Assembly: GCF_009834535.1 (NCBI RefSeq)
Contig: NC_045696.1
Span: 69,938,001-70,002,000 of the forward strand
DNA: 64,000 nucleotides
Origin: Camelus ferus
Lineage: Eukaryota
Direction of reading: 5' to 3'
In this document: piece after piece, positions 1-12,273 of the stretch
How the letters are laid out: each line of letters starts with the position of its first letter
Numbering within the stretch: the stretch's first letter is position 1
Translations under genes and position numbers: made by a program
The notes under the pieces: generated by a model
Told to the model about the DNA's origin: nothing
Seen by the model: the letters and a program-made list of their open reading frames with translations, nothing else
The model's database searches: none

Positions 1-720
1 GAAAACAGTATGGAGATTCCTCAAAAGACTAGGAATAGACTTACCATATGACCCAGGAATCCTGCTCCTGGGCATATATCCAGAAGGAACCCTACTTCAA
101 AAAGACACCTGTACCCCAATGTTCACAGCAGCACTATTTACAATAGCCAAGACATGGAAAGAGCCTAAATGTCCATCAACAGATGACTGGATAAAGAAGA
201 TGTGGTATATTTCTACAGTGGAATACTATTCAGCCATAAAAATGACAACATAATGCCATTTGCAGCAACATGGATGTTCTTGGAGAATGTCATTCTAAGT
301 GAAGTAAGCCAGAAAGAGAAAGAAAAATACCATATAAGATTGCTTATATGTGGAATCTAAAAAAAAAAAAAAAATTAAATACAGAACAGAAACAGACTCA
401 TAGACATAGAATACAAACTTGTGGTTGCCAAGGGGGCAGGGATGGAAAGGGACAGACTGAGATTTCAAAATGTAGTATAGATAAGCAAGATTATATTGCA
501 TAGCACAGGGAAATATATACAAGATCTTGTGGTAGCTCACAGTGAAAAAAAATGTGACAATGAATATATGTATGTTCATATATAACTGAAAAATTGTGCT
601 CTACACTGGAATTTGACACATTGTAAAATGATTATTACTCAATAAAAAATGTTAAAAAAAGTAAAATGAGTATAACTCAATTTTTTTAAAAGTAAAAAAA
701 AAGAAGGAAAGGAAGAAAAA
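1..720 (+). mobile_element. Relatively young L1 3' end (ORF2 C-terminus, 3'UTR, A-tail), truncated by the window edge
   Basis: L1 motifs gcactatttacaatagccaagacatggaa and cctaaatgtccatcaacagatgactggataaagaagatgtgg; closely similar to 18076-18741. Confidence 0.9.
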
Positions 721-904
721 GAAGGATATTCTTTTTCCACACAGCACCTCTGTGAGATTGTACTATAGACCAAAGGCAAATCAGTTAAGTTAATGTTCAC
801 TGGATAGACACTGCAGAAAATATTAATAAAAGAATTCGAAAAATGTGTTGGGCAGAGGAGTCATTATTAGAATAAGTAAATAGTCTTCTAAGGGCATTTA
901 CTTT

Positions 905-1007
905 AGGGGAGGGTGTAGCTCAGTGGTGGAGTGTATGCTTAGCATGCACAAGGTCCAGGACCTCCAATAAAAAATAAAATAAATAAATCTAATTACCCCC
1001 CCAAAAA
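905..1007 (+). mobile_element. tRNA-Ala(AGC)-derived SINE (Vic-1-like) lacking the B box
   Basis: ggggagggtgtagctcagtggtggagtgtatgcttagcatgcac head; ctaattacccccc tail; perfect 16-bp TSD taagggcatttacttt at 889-904 and 1008-1023. Confidence 0.9.
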
Positions 1008-2520
1008 TAAGGGCATTTACTTTGATGGAAGCATTATTCATGTAGATTAAAATAATAAAAATTTTAGGATATTCATTTAAAGAAAATCAACCATGTTACT
1101 TAATCGTAACTTCCACCAACCTAAAACACTCCTAATGTTTTTTACTAGATCTATTACATTCTCAAGAGGTGTGGTAAATGCCTGCTGGGAACAGAAGAGT
1201 ATTATAATGGTGGTTGGCAAGATGCTTTTCTTTTCAGCAGAAGAGATACTTAATTTGTTGGTTAAGTGTACCTGGCAGCCCCACGTCTGAGGCAAGTGAG
1301 GAATTACCAGTAGGTTGCCCAGTGGTGGGATGCAGGCAGCTACAGGAGAGGGTAGGATTGTACTTGCACCCAAATTTTCAGAGCCACAAATCTGTCTTCT
1401 CTGAGGAAGGGAGTCAAGAGGACAACTGCTTCTGAAAAGGAACTTAATGCTGTTGGCTTTGTTTACATTGTCTCCCAGTTTCTGGGTCTTGGCGAAAGGT
1501 TTATCACCTTCATGGTCAACTCAGGAAATAAGAGGCCTTTCGTGCCGCTGTGGTTCCTGCCAGCCTCTCCAGCCTGCTCTCTTGACCATCCTGGAAGCAT
1601 TCTCTGCTCCCGTCAAACCACGTGCCTGGGCTGCCTTGCCTTTGTGCACCTCATTCCCTTGACTTGAAAGGCCCTCTAGACCCCTCTGCACCCTCCACCT
1701 TGCCTTTGCTCCCCTGGCTCACTCTGCCTCCTACTGCCCAGGACTCAACTGGGGAATCGCCTTCCCTGGGTGCCCTGTTGAATGTCTCCTCCAGTGTGGT
1801 GCAGGCCTGTCTCATAGCCGCACGGTGTGCAAGGTGCGCTGGCTGCCTTCCTGCCAGACCGTGAGCTCCTCATGGTAGGGGACAGGCTTTTCACCTGTCT
1901 CCCTAGTGTCCAGCATAGTAGCTGCTCAGTAAGGGTTTGTCGAATCATTGAAGTGAATGAAGTTAAACCAGGAGTCACCTGCCAGAATACCAAAGAAGAG
2001 TAGAGAAGAATTCTGTGGAGTTTCCCAGGGTGGGTGAGGTGGGTAGACTCTTTGACGTATGAAAAATGATCAACCTCATTCATAATTAAAATGCAAATCA
2101 GATAGTATTTTTGGTATTTTTCATCTGTGAATAGGCAGAAATCAAAAATTGGATAACTGTGTTTTCAGATTTGTGGTGAAACAACCCTGCGTTTGTATGT
2201 TGGCATTACAAATGCACAGCCCTTTGACTCAGTGATTCCAGTTCTAACAGCTTATCTTCCAGGATATGCTCACATGTGCAAAATTAGATGAGTTATTCAT
2301 TACAACATTTTTGGTTTTTTGGAACTAGCAGAAGATTAGGAACATTGTATGTCCATCAATAGGAGACTAGTTAAACTAATTATACTATATTCATAAAATT
2401 AAATATATAGATGTCAAAAAGAATAATACAGCTCTATGTGTATGGATATGAAACAATCTCCAAGTGAGAAGCATATACAAGGCAGTAACATTTGTATTTG
2501 AGGGAGGAAAAAAGAATACA

Positions 2521-2886
2521 CAGTTGACCCTTGAACAACATGGGTTTGAACTGCGTGGATCCACTTATATGTGAATTTTTTTCAGTAAATATATTGGAAA
2601 AAGTTTTTGAGATTTGGGACAATTTGAAAAAATCTCGCTGATGAACTGTGTAGCCTAGAATACAAAAAAAATTTTTTTTAAGTTAGGTGTGTTATTTATG
2701 TGTAAAATATATGTAGATATGCATATACAAAATATGTGTCGACTGTTTATATCATCAGTAAGGCTTACGATCAACAGTAAGCTATTACAGTAGTTAAGTT
2801 TAGGGGAGTCAGAAGTTAATAGGCAGATTTTCAACTGCATGGAGGGGTCAGTGCCCTTAACCCCTACGTTGTCCAGGTGTCAGATT
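2521..2886. mobile_element. Tigger2-family non-autonomous DNA transposon (TcMar-Tigger), inserted in old L1 remnants
   Basis: TIR cagttgacccttgaacaacatggg at the left and a degenerate complement cgttgtccaggtgtcagatt at the right. Confidence 0.75.
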
Positions 2887-5800
2887 TATATATGTCTTTG
2901 TATAGAATACTCTGGAATGATTTTTAAAAAACGCTATCAGGACAGGAGGCCTGAATGATAGGTGTGGAGGGCAGATTTTTCTATGCTTTTTCTACTTTGG
3001 TACCTTTTAAACTTTGTGCAAAGAATATATAGTTGTAGTACTTATTTCTAAAAAATATTTGTTTTAAAGAAACCTGTTGAGTGACAGATACATGTCCAGA
3101 TTTGCTGAGATCTGCAGAATCACTATATAAAAATCATTAGGAAGAACACTGTGTAATATAAACACTTTTCAGCCTGATGTTTCACCACACCCCATCCCCT
3201 TAACAGTCCTCCTGCCTTTGAAGTCTCTCTTACTCACCTGTTAACTAGACCACTGGAGTTGGAAAGGGCCTTGGACAATTATCTAGTGCTGTATGCATTA
3301 AATCAGGCTGAACACTGCTGCTTTTCCAATGAATGTGCCATGTCTTAGGTCTCTCTCGCTTGCTGCTAAAGTGTGTTACTTTAAAACTATGAATGCAGGC
3401 TTTACAGAGCTGTCTAGATCAAAGTTGTAGTAACAAGCAGAGTATCACTACAGTACTAATTAACCAGCATCTGAATTCTGGGCCAGAGCTCTGCTCTGTG
3501 CAGTGGAAACGTAAGCTTTGATCTGCTGGTTTATGACAGCAGTGGAATTCCTTGGAGGCAGTTACAGTCTCCTCATTCACAGCCCCACGCCAAGACCTGT
3601 ATACACCTATAGGAAATGGACAGGCTCCCACTTAGCTGCGCCAGACCCTCAAATTCATAGTAAATTTCGTGAAATAGCATTACACCTTCAAAGTCCAGAC
3701 ACCAGGGACTGTACAAGAGTAACCCTGGCAGTAGTGAAAGTGTTAACACAGGCTTTCTGCAGTAAGGTAGAAAAAGGAAGAAATGGGATAAATTATGGCT
3801 GCGGCGGGGGGGGGGGGTTGTGACACAGGGGAGTGTCACAAGTCCATTTTTTTTTTGGATTGTAAGCCTTCCAATTATAAAATACTGTGGACTGTGTCAG
3901 CTGAGTTATCTGTTGCATTGTTAAGAACTGTGATCCAAGCAAAATGCAAGATTTGTTGGGGTGATTTTTTTATTCAGTCTCTGTAGCCTAAGGTCCGCGA
4001 GACACCTCTTCTTCGTGCTCCTTACCTTCTCTTTTATGACAGTTCTGTTTTGCTGCCAAAATGAAGTGAATCTTGGATTTGGAAAGAAGCTTGTCTGACT
4101 GCCTGTCATCTTGTCTCAGCTGCTTCATGTCTGAGGCATTAACCAAAGAGGTAAATGACTGGCCCAGCATCTGTCCGACAGCTTGCCTGATGCAGAGCCA
4201 GGAGTCAAGCAAGGGTCTCCGGTTCCAGGCTCAGCACACCTCCCACTCTGCTTTTCTGTGTTGCTGAAATAATGGTGGCCTTCAGTAACTACAAGCGTTT
4301 TATTAGAGTTGGGGAGAATTATTAAGTTAGAAAATACAGGGAATATATTTAAATTTATGTTTGTTCTTCAGTCATTGCTCTCTAAGAAATCAAAGCCTTT
4401 TGCTTTGCTTATAAGACATAAGTAAATAAGTAAGTGTTTGCATTTCCACAAGTGACTGTGCTTGAAAATTACATATTTCGTATTTCTCACCAAGGAACAA
4501 AAGTACACTCACTTGAGCAAAATAATTAATACACTCTTAAACGAAAGAGAAGCTTAATCCATCAGTTTGCCAACTTAACTTCTTAGCTTCTGAAATTATC
4601 CTGAACTGGGTCTTTTTTAGCCTGCATTCGCAGATGATTCGGTGTCATTTCAGTAGCTTCTCTCCTAGTTCAATGCTGGCTCCACATTGATTATCTTCTA
4701 ATTGATTATCTGATTGTGAATCATCAAGTGAAGTCAGATTCATTCAGGTTTCATAGGAAAACCAGGCACCAGCTCTCCTGTGCACATCAGGACCAAAGCG
4801 GGAAAAAGGAGTTTGAGGGTTCTGTGCTTCTGTCCAAATGATCCTGATGTCTGCATGTGCATTGCAGTTAATGGAGTACTTTCTCATAATTCCCTGGGGT
4901 TGGATGAGGGACAAATGAGAGGAGAGGGCAGGAGCTTATCACAAGGCTAAGGAGACTGGGACTCTGTGAACAGCTAAGGAGAGGGCACCCACTGAACTCT
5001 CTTCCCTCCCTCACTCATGCTAGCTGAGGACCAGGCTCCTGGCAAAGAAAGGAACAGGGTCCTGGATGTAGGGGGCAACCCTGACCTGCTCCCAGGGAAG
5101 GGAGAAGAAAGAGGCAAAGGAATTTGAAGCTGTGGTATCAGGACCTCCCATGGCCACCTGCTGAGCCAGGTAGGTTGTTCACCTCTATTCACGTCAGGTG
5201 TTGACTCCCATATGTAACTTCCCATTGAAGTTACGGGTCCTGCTGGGGCCCGCCCAGCTAATAGTGCTGGCTGGAGAGGGAGTGATGAAAAGTCAGGAAC
5301 CAAGTGAGACAGATGTTCTGTTTACTGTCTTTGTAAGACAGGGACCTCAGAAGAGAATGTGAATCAGCAGCTGGAAGGAATTCTGTGTTCAAGGCACCAG
5401 AGATGTTAATCCTGTCATGTATATTCACTCATTCATCACTCATGAGTGACTGCTGTGGACACGACAGCAGGTTAGAGCTGTGGATCTGCAGGGGTAGGGA
5501 AAGGATGTGCATAGTTCAGGAAGGCTACAGCTCAGGAATCTTGCATTCCTCTTGGCACCACTGGAACAATTTCTCTATGCAAAACTCTAGTCTCCCAATA
5601 TTGGTTATAAATCAGATTTGTGTATTTGGAGTTTATCTCCCTACTAATTTGTCTTATTTCAGAATTGATGTAAAGAGATCTTAAGATGAATCCTCATTAA
5701 GATGATGAATCCTTTTAAAAATAAGAATAATTTATATGCCATCTTTCCCCAGTTCATCCATTTGTTTTTAAAGTTGGCTATTCAAGGTTTTCAAAAGTGA

Positions 5801-6469
5801 GTGTCATTGTATTCAAATCATGTAATTACCTCTAAGAGCTAATGATTTTCCTTTCTTCTCATATTAGCACTTTATGAGATATCAGATATGTTCGCTGATT
5901 TGTTTTTCTCTGTATTCTGCGAAGTGCTTACATATTTTTTATTGGTGGTGTGTGAGAAATTATATTTCTGACTTCTCTTCCAATTTTGATTAAAAAAATT
6001 TTTTTTCCTGTGATCTTTTTTTTTTTTTTCCGGAGATCCCCCTCAGGTAGCAGTGGACATCTCTGCGGGCTAAGTGCTACGGGACAGACACTTTGTGGCA
6101 ATACGAGTTTCTTCCTGCTGTTATCTGCAGAAACACCTGCCCCAATTTTAACTTGCCCACAGCACTTAGAAACAGGGACTTGCCTGATATGCAATTACAT
6201 TATAAGGATACTGTGCAGAAACAGGTGTTAAAAGCTATTGGGTTCATGTCTAGTGAAAATCTAAAAATATGACTAGGGAAAGGCAGGAATAGCCTTTTTT
6301 CTTGAGGATTTGATTAGATCAAAGGACCAACTCTAAAGTATATTCTTTATTGAAATGTGTATGTTTCATTAAACATGTTAAGTATCTGTTTTATTAAAAT
6401 TAATTAGAGAGTTCTAGGGTGGCTGAGATCAATATTGTCATGTTTTTTGTTTTTTGAGTTTTGATTTTT

Positions 6470-6590
6470 ACTCCGTAGAATGTAAGTAGCATGAGGACAT
6501 TTTTGTTTTGTTCACTACTGTACCCCAGAACCTGAAACAAAGTGCTTGGCTAATAACAGATGCTTGGTGAACATTCATTAAATGAATTTG
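6470..6590 (+). mobile_element. L2 3' end fragment
   Basis: ttttgttcactactgtaccccagaacctgaaacaaagtgcttggc...aatgaat terminal motif. Confidence 0.6.
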
Positions 6591-8569
6591 GAAAAGCTTT
6601 TAGTTTAATCTTAGAAATCATCTTATTCTCCAAAGTCAGATATAATGTCCAATATTTAACCTCCAGTCAAAACATCTGGGTTTGGGTAGTTCGGATGAGT
6701 CACAGCCCCTAACCCTCAGCGTGGGTGAGATGTTACTCTTGTGCGATATGGTGAATGCTCTTTGGTTTACATCACATGAGAAAGGAGTTTCTCTGTGAGA
6801 GAGGAGGATGTGATTTGGCTGACCCTCTCCTGCCTTTCTCTGCTTACTTGGGATTTAGTAGAGCTATACTAGAGATGAATTTAATTCTCCTTAATCATCA
6901 TGACTATAATGAATAAGATCAAAGTCTTTTATAACTGCTGGGTATAGTTCCTTCTTTTCAGAGAAACTGAATGGCTGTTGGTTTATCATTCATTCCCAGA
7001 CATTGAGGACTCACAGCTTCTGGCTTGAATTTTTGTTAATTGTGAAACTGTTTCTTCATTATGTCAAGGCATGCCATTGTCCTTGTTGTCTCAGGGAAGA
7101 AACACCACCTATGAGTCATTGCATCCAATCACAGGAAGTGTACGCAGTGGCTACTGTGTCGGGAAATGTCTTCCCCTGCGTTTTCCGGTCAGCAGCCTGT
7201 TTCATTGGGCTGATAAGCATGAACTGGAGTGAAAGAAATTGGCTTGGTTGAAGACCAGTCAGTGTCTTCACTAAGCACGTGTTCTTATATTTGGAAGACA
7301 GAATATGGGGTGGAGTGGACCAGGAAAAAAAAAGCCAGCTGTCTGCAACAAAGGCTCCTGGTGAATTTGCTGATTGCTGAGCACCTGCTCTGTTCCAGAT
7401 GCTACTTGGGCTGAGAAGGAAAAAAAAAAAAGAAAGAAAGAAAGAAAGAAAAACATACAGGAAAAAAGGCAGGAAAAGGGCAGATTTTAGTGCTGCTTGG
7501 AGAACTCAAGACAACAATTATTTGAAAGTGAATTGAAGAAATGGGTGGCACAGGTATTGGTGACTAGGCAAGTGGCTCCTTTTGCCTTTACAAAGATGAT
7601 TTTGTGTTGACCATGCGCCAACAAGGAAAGCACTTATATACTCAGATTATAACTTGCATTGCATCAAATTTATATATGTTTTCTATCTGGGCTTAAATTA
7701 CGATGTGTAAATATTTGGTTTACTCTAGTTAGTCTTAATTACAGATAATGAATTAAAGGCCTTTATAAGGGTAACTATCATTTCTCTTCAAACACGATTT
7801 GGTTATGTTAAATGGAATCTTCATCACAGCACAATAAAATGCTTTCAGTTCTACTTGGTTCAGAACTTGAAAAGCTGGAAGCTGGCATGCAGACTTTTCA
7901 TTCACAAAAACTCAGCCTTATCTCTCAGGATCTTACGCTCCTGAATCCCAGTGCGTGTTTGTACTCAAGCACACACGAATGTCCCTTCCTTCTGAGGGCT
8001 TTTCTATGACTGTCTAAGATTCACCCCACCCTTCTCCTCTCAGCAGTCTATATTTCAGGGAAGTCCTCAAACTTTGTCTTTCCCCATGGGGTTCAGTGCA
8101 ACCCTTATTGGGCCAGTGATAACAATCAAAGGCTTGTTAGGTTACAAGCATGTACAGCTCCCACTCATGGGCCCAGAGAGGCTGACTGTCTACCAGAAGT
8201 CAGCTGACCCTGTGAAGGAGTTCTCTAGTTAATACTTTTATTACTCTCTCTAAAGGGCATTTATATTAAGTAAATTCTTCTGAGGAGCAAAGAGTGAGCC
8301 ACTATGGTGAGGTTTCCAAAATAACCCTTCCTGGGAGAAATGTTTTTGTTCAGAGTCTACAGTGAGGTTGACAGTGAGAGGAAAAACCTAGAAATCTATT
8401 CCCAAGACTCATTTCCTGATTTACCTGAGGTGGCACCATATATTATCCAGATTCACTGAAATGTAAATATTCATGAAATGTAAATTTTGTTATTGGTGAA
8501 TTGACACTTCCAGAGTGACGTTTTAAGAGCAAAGATTTAAACTTACAGACCACAAGTCAAAAATATTTC

Positions 8570-8700
8570 TCCCCAGCTGTAAGACTGGACAGGGGCCTTA
8601 TCAGCACCTCAGTTTACTTACTTGAAAAATGGGGATAGCAATCCCTACTTGGTAGGGGAGTGGTAAGGCTTAAATGGGATGCTTAGCACCCAGTAATGTA
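8570..8700 (+). mobile_element. MIR fragment
   Basis: cctcagtttacttacttgaaaaatggggatagcaat MIR core. Confidence 0.55.
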
Positions 8701-10132
8701 ACTAGTAGTGGTGGTTTTGGGAAAGCTTCCTGCTAAAAACACTGTAACGAATTGTGTTGGGTGTACCTCTGAAACACTAACGTCTTCGAATAAAATGACT
8801 TGAAGGATGGAGAAGAGATAATGTTCATTGAAGCCCATGAAGAAATTCTGGTAAAACTAGAGCTAAAACTGTATTTCTTTCTCTATATTGTCACGAAACG
8901 AGTTCAGGAGGGGAATGGTGGATAGGAAAGATGGTATTATCTGTAGGAAATTGTACATAAACCTTTGTAAGAGTGGTCACAGTTTTCCCATGTTAGGTTT
9001 TTCTCTTTCTGTTTTACTTTAATTTACCAAAGATGTCTTTGACAAAGAAAAATAAGTAGATTTTTAGTTTTCCTGCAGTTCACGTATTTCTGCTATTTAC
9101 CACTACCTCAGTGAAAGGAGCCTCCCTTCACTAAGAAGTGAATATGACTCAGTAAAGAGAAATTTTAGATATTGACTTCCTTTTTAAAGAGCGAAAATAT
9201 TGTAGCTCTGAGAAATCTGAATTACCTACTTCACTAGAACAGTGTATGGTGGTTCCAGTCAGGCATACTGTAGTCCCCGTAACAGGTGATGACTTTACCC
9301 TCCCTCTTATAGCCCTTTCTAAAAGAATTGTAGACTCCTGCAGTTGGAGTGGGACTCAGTGATCATTCAGTGCAAAGTCTACTCACTGTACCCCAACCTA
9401 ATAGGGAAGCTCCTTCACCATCTTGCCCAGGGGCAGCATCCTGTCCTGCTTTCTCTTGAACAGCTAATCATCATCTAATTATCCCACTGACTTTTCTCTT
9501 TTCTCCTTCTACTACTTTTAAGAACGATTAAGAATCCCTGATGTTTCCTCCAAAGGGTAATCTGGGATTGTGTTGGCAGTGTCTTAAAACGTCAAGGCCT
9601 CTTTGAGAGGGGCTCAGAGGTAAATGAGTAAACTACCAGGTCTCAGACTGTTGCTGGTCACGCTCACTGATTTCTCTTCCATGTCACCCAAGCAGTGGAC
9701 TTTCAGGAGACCTTGTCTCTGAGTTCTCATGAAGTGTAAGTGTGTTAGGGCCACTTGGGGGTTTATGGTTTTGTGGACATGAGCTTATAGAGCAAGGGGA
9801 TTTACTGGATTCATAACTGCAGTTCTCCTGGCTCAAAACCCTTTGCAACAGGGCACCACAATAATATCTGATATAATCCTTTTATGATTTGGCCCATAAC
9901 ACTGCTAATATTCACAAAGACTTTACAATGATCACATGTTTTTTTCTCCCTAAAAAAACCCCAAACCTCTTTTTCATTTTTCGACAGTTCTTATGTTGAA
10001 AGCATTTGGTTTTGTAACAACTGTTATAATGCATTTATTTTAAATTCCATAGAGGCAAAGGCAGCTATTCTTAATAATTTGTAACAAGGTGACTTAACAG
10101 TTTGTTTTATTGGCTCTTAATCATTCCCTGTG

Positions 10133-10134
<2 letters not shown>

Positions 10135-10207
<73 letters not shown>

Positions 10208-10243
10208 AGGGAGGGAAGAAGGGAGGAAGGGAGGGGGGGAGAG
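10135..10243. repeat. Compound microsatellite (GT)15(GA)18 followed by a GGGA-rich purine tract
   Basis: Read directly from the sequence. Confidence 0.95.
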
Positions 10244-10962
10244 ACTTTAAAAGACACTTGGGTATTGGGTAGAAGATTGGACTTGACTATCACCAGTGAT
10301 TCATTTGCTTCCCTGATTCATTGCTAGCCCTAGGTCCTAGTTCAATTTAGCACAGGATGTCCCTTGTACAGAATGTCCAGATGTTTTAAGGGGAACTTTC
10401 AGAACTAATGAGGAATGAGAAAGAGATTAAGTGCCTCAGTCTCATACTGATGAGGGCATGGGATGCAGGGGAATCAGACTATAGCACTAGGGGAGGGGGT
10501 GTGGCCAAGAGCTCTGGTGGCTTCAGTCTTGGCTCTGCCACTGTCCTTGGAGACAGTTAGCACACCTGCTTCTAGATAATGCACATTCCACAATGCTGTG
10601 ATTTCCCTCCAAGATGAGGACCATGTGTCATCTGGTGGAACTCAGAATTGCTGTGGAAACAGATGGGACCTAGTTGAGTAGAATCTCTCATTGAACCCAA
10701 AAGACTCTCTTATGGGACCCTCTTTGCTTCCTTTGTTGCTTCTCTTGCCCACAGTTTTCACTGGGATCCTCCAATCCTTAGCTCACCTAATGTTCAAATG
10801 GAATCTGAGATCCTCTGAGCTGCATTTCCACAATATATGTTAACTTTCTTCTCTGCTCAGACCCCAGCATGGTCAAGGCTTGGGTTAGAGTTCCCAAGGT
10901 GGTCAATTGACCATATGCCTAAAAACTATGGCAGTATCCTCCTCCTCCTCACATGCAAGCAG

Positions 10963-10963
<1 letters not shown>

Positions 10964-11006
<43 letters not shown>

Positions 11007-11055
11007 GTAACGTGTATTATATATTATATACTCTATGTGTATTATATATATATTA
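10964..11055. repeat. (AC)n microsatellite with an adjacent TA-rich low-complexity tract
   Basis: Read directly from the sequence. Confidence 0.9.
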
Positions 11056-12197
11056 TGCCTGCTTGCATGTGGGGAGGAGATACATACATGCACACACACA
11101 CTCATACAGAGGTGTACAGAGGTGTGGGGTGGTTCTTGAAAATCACAAATTCCTTGACAAATATGATTTTATTTCCCCAGCTGATTGCCCAGCTATTTTA
11201 AGCAACAAATTACTGTACAAAAAATTTCTGACAGATCCTTGAAATTCATAACAATGGACATCTAGTTTTATCTGAAATTCACTCAGAGCCTTCTATTTCT
11301 TCTGGGCATCTACAGTACAGAGATGATAATATATTCATAAAAAGTACCCTGAGGCACTTCTGTGTTGAAGAGCCTGAGAAATCATCAACTAAATTAAAGT
11401 TAGATGAGCCGAGGTTGAGTGTATTTTGTTTTGTAGTTAAGGTTTGATAGTGTATATGTGTACACTGTTGCCACCAATTATCCAGACTACAGAATACTTC
11501 ACAGTAGCCAGTTCCCCAGCTAAGCAGGACTGCTGTAGGGCGATATTGTTCTTTTCCTGAATGTGTAGACACTGAGCTTCTTGCCCTTTTCCACCTACCA
11601 CACTTCTCTTACTTGAATATCAAAGTGGGAAATGCTGAGTTCCTGAATCCCACAGCCTTGGAGAAAGAGCCTGTGTGTCTGTATTAAAGAGCACCCTCTG
11701 CTTGACTGCAAGTCTTATTCTGCTTTCAGTTAAAATTTTTTTAAAATCATGTTTGTTATTGTCTTTGTTTACTCCTGTTTTTAAGGTAGACTTAGCATCT
11801 TGAAGGCTTAGACTTGGCACACATACAGACTGCAGATGTGACAAATTATTTGGGGTGACAGGGTAAGACCCCAAAGTTAGAGGAGTTTGGCAGGGCAAGG
11901 AGGTTTAAAGATAAAGAGATGAGGGAGGGGGCAGAAACAGGGTCATGAAAGGGAATTTGGATGTGGTGATAGGGAGTCAGTCAGTCAAAAAAGGCAGAAG
12001 CAGCCAGTCATATTTGTGTTTTGAAAAGTCACTGATGGCCACATGTAGGGTGGATGGGAGAGGAGTGAGGTGCAAGGTGGATGGCAGACCAGCTAGGAAC
12101 CAGCTGGAATTGTTCTGGGCTGAGGATGAGAAATGTCAATTATGAATATTTAGGGAAGCTTGATTTCTCCTCTGAAATAAAGGAACTGTGAAATTTC

Positions 12198-12211
12198 CTT
12201 TCTTTTCTTTT

Positions 12212-12271
<60 letters not shown>

Positions 12272-12273
12272 TC
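12198..12273. repeat. (CTTT)n tetranucleotide microsatellite
   Basis: Read directly from the sequence. Confidence 0.95.

Noticed and set aside
295..579. Similar minus-strand ORFs at 295-579 and 18314-18628 that look like a duplicated gene
   Set aside because: Both are antisense readings of the same L1 subfamily 3'UTR.
3800..3820. Long G run with nearby CpGs as a promoter or G4
   Set aside because: It is a single homopolymer with no CpG island around it, which is not enough support.
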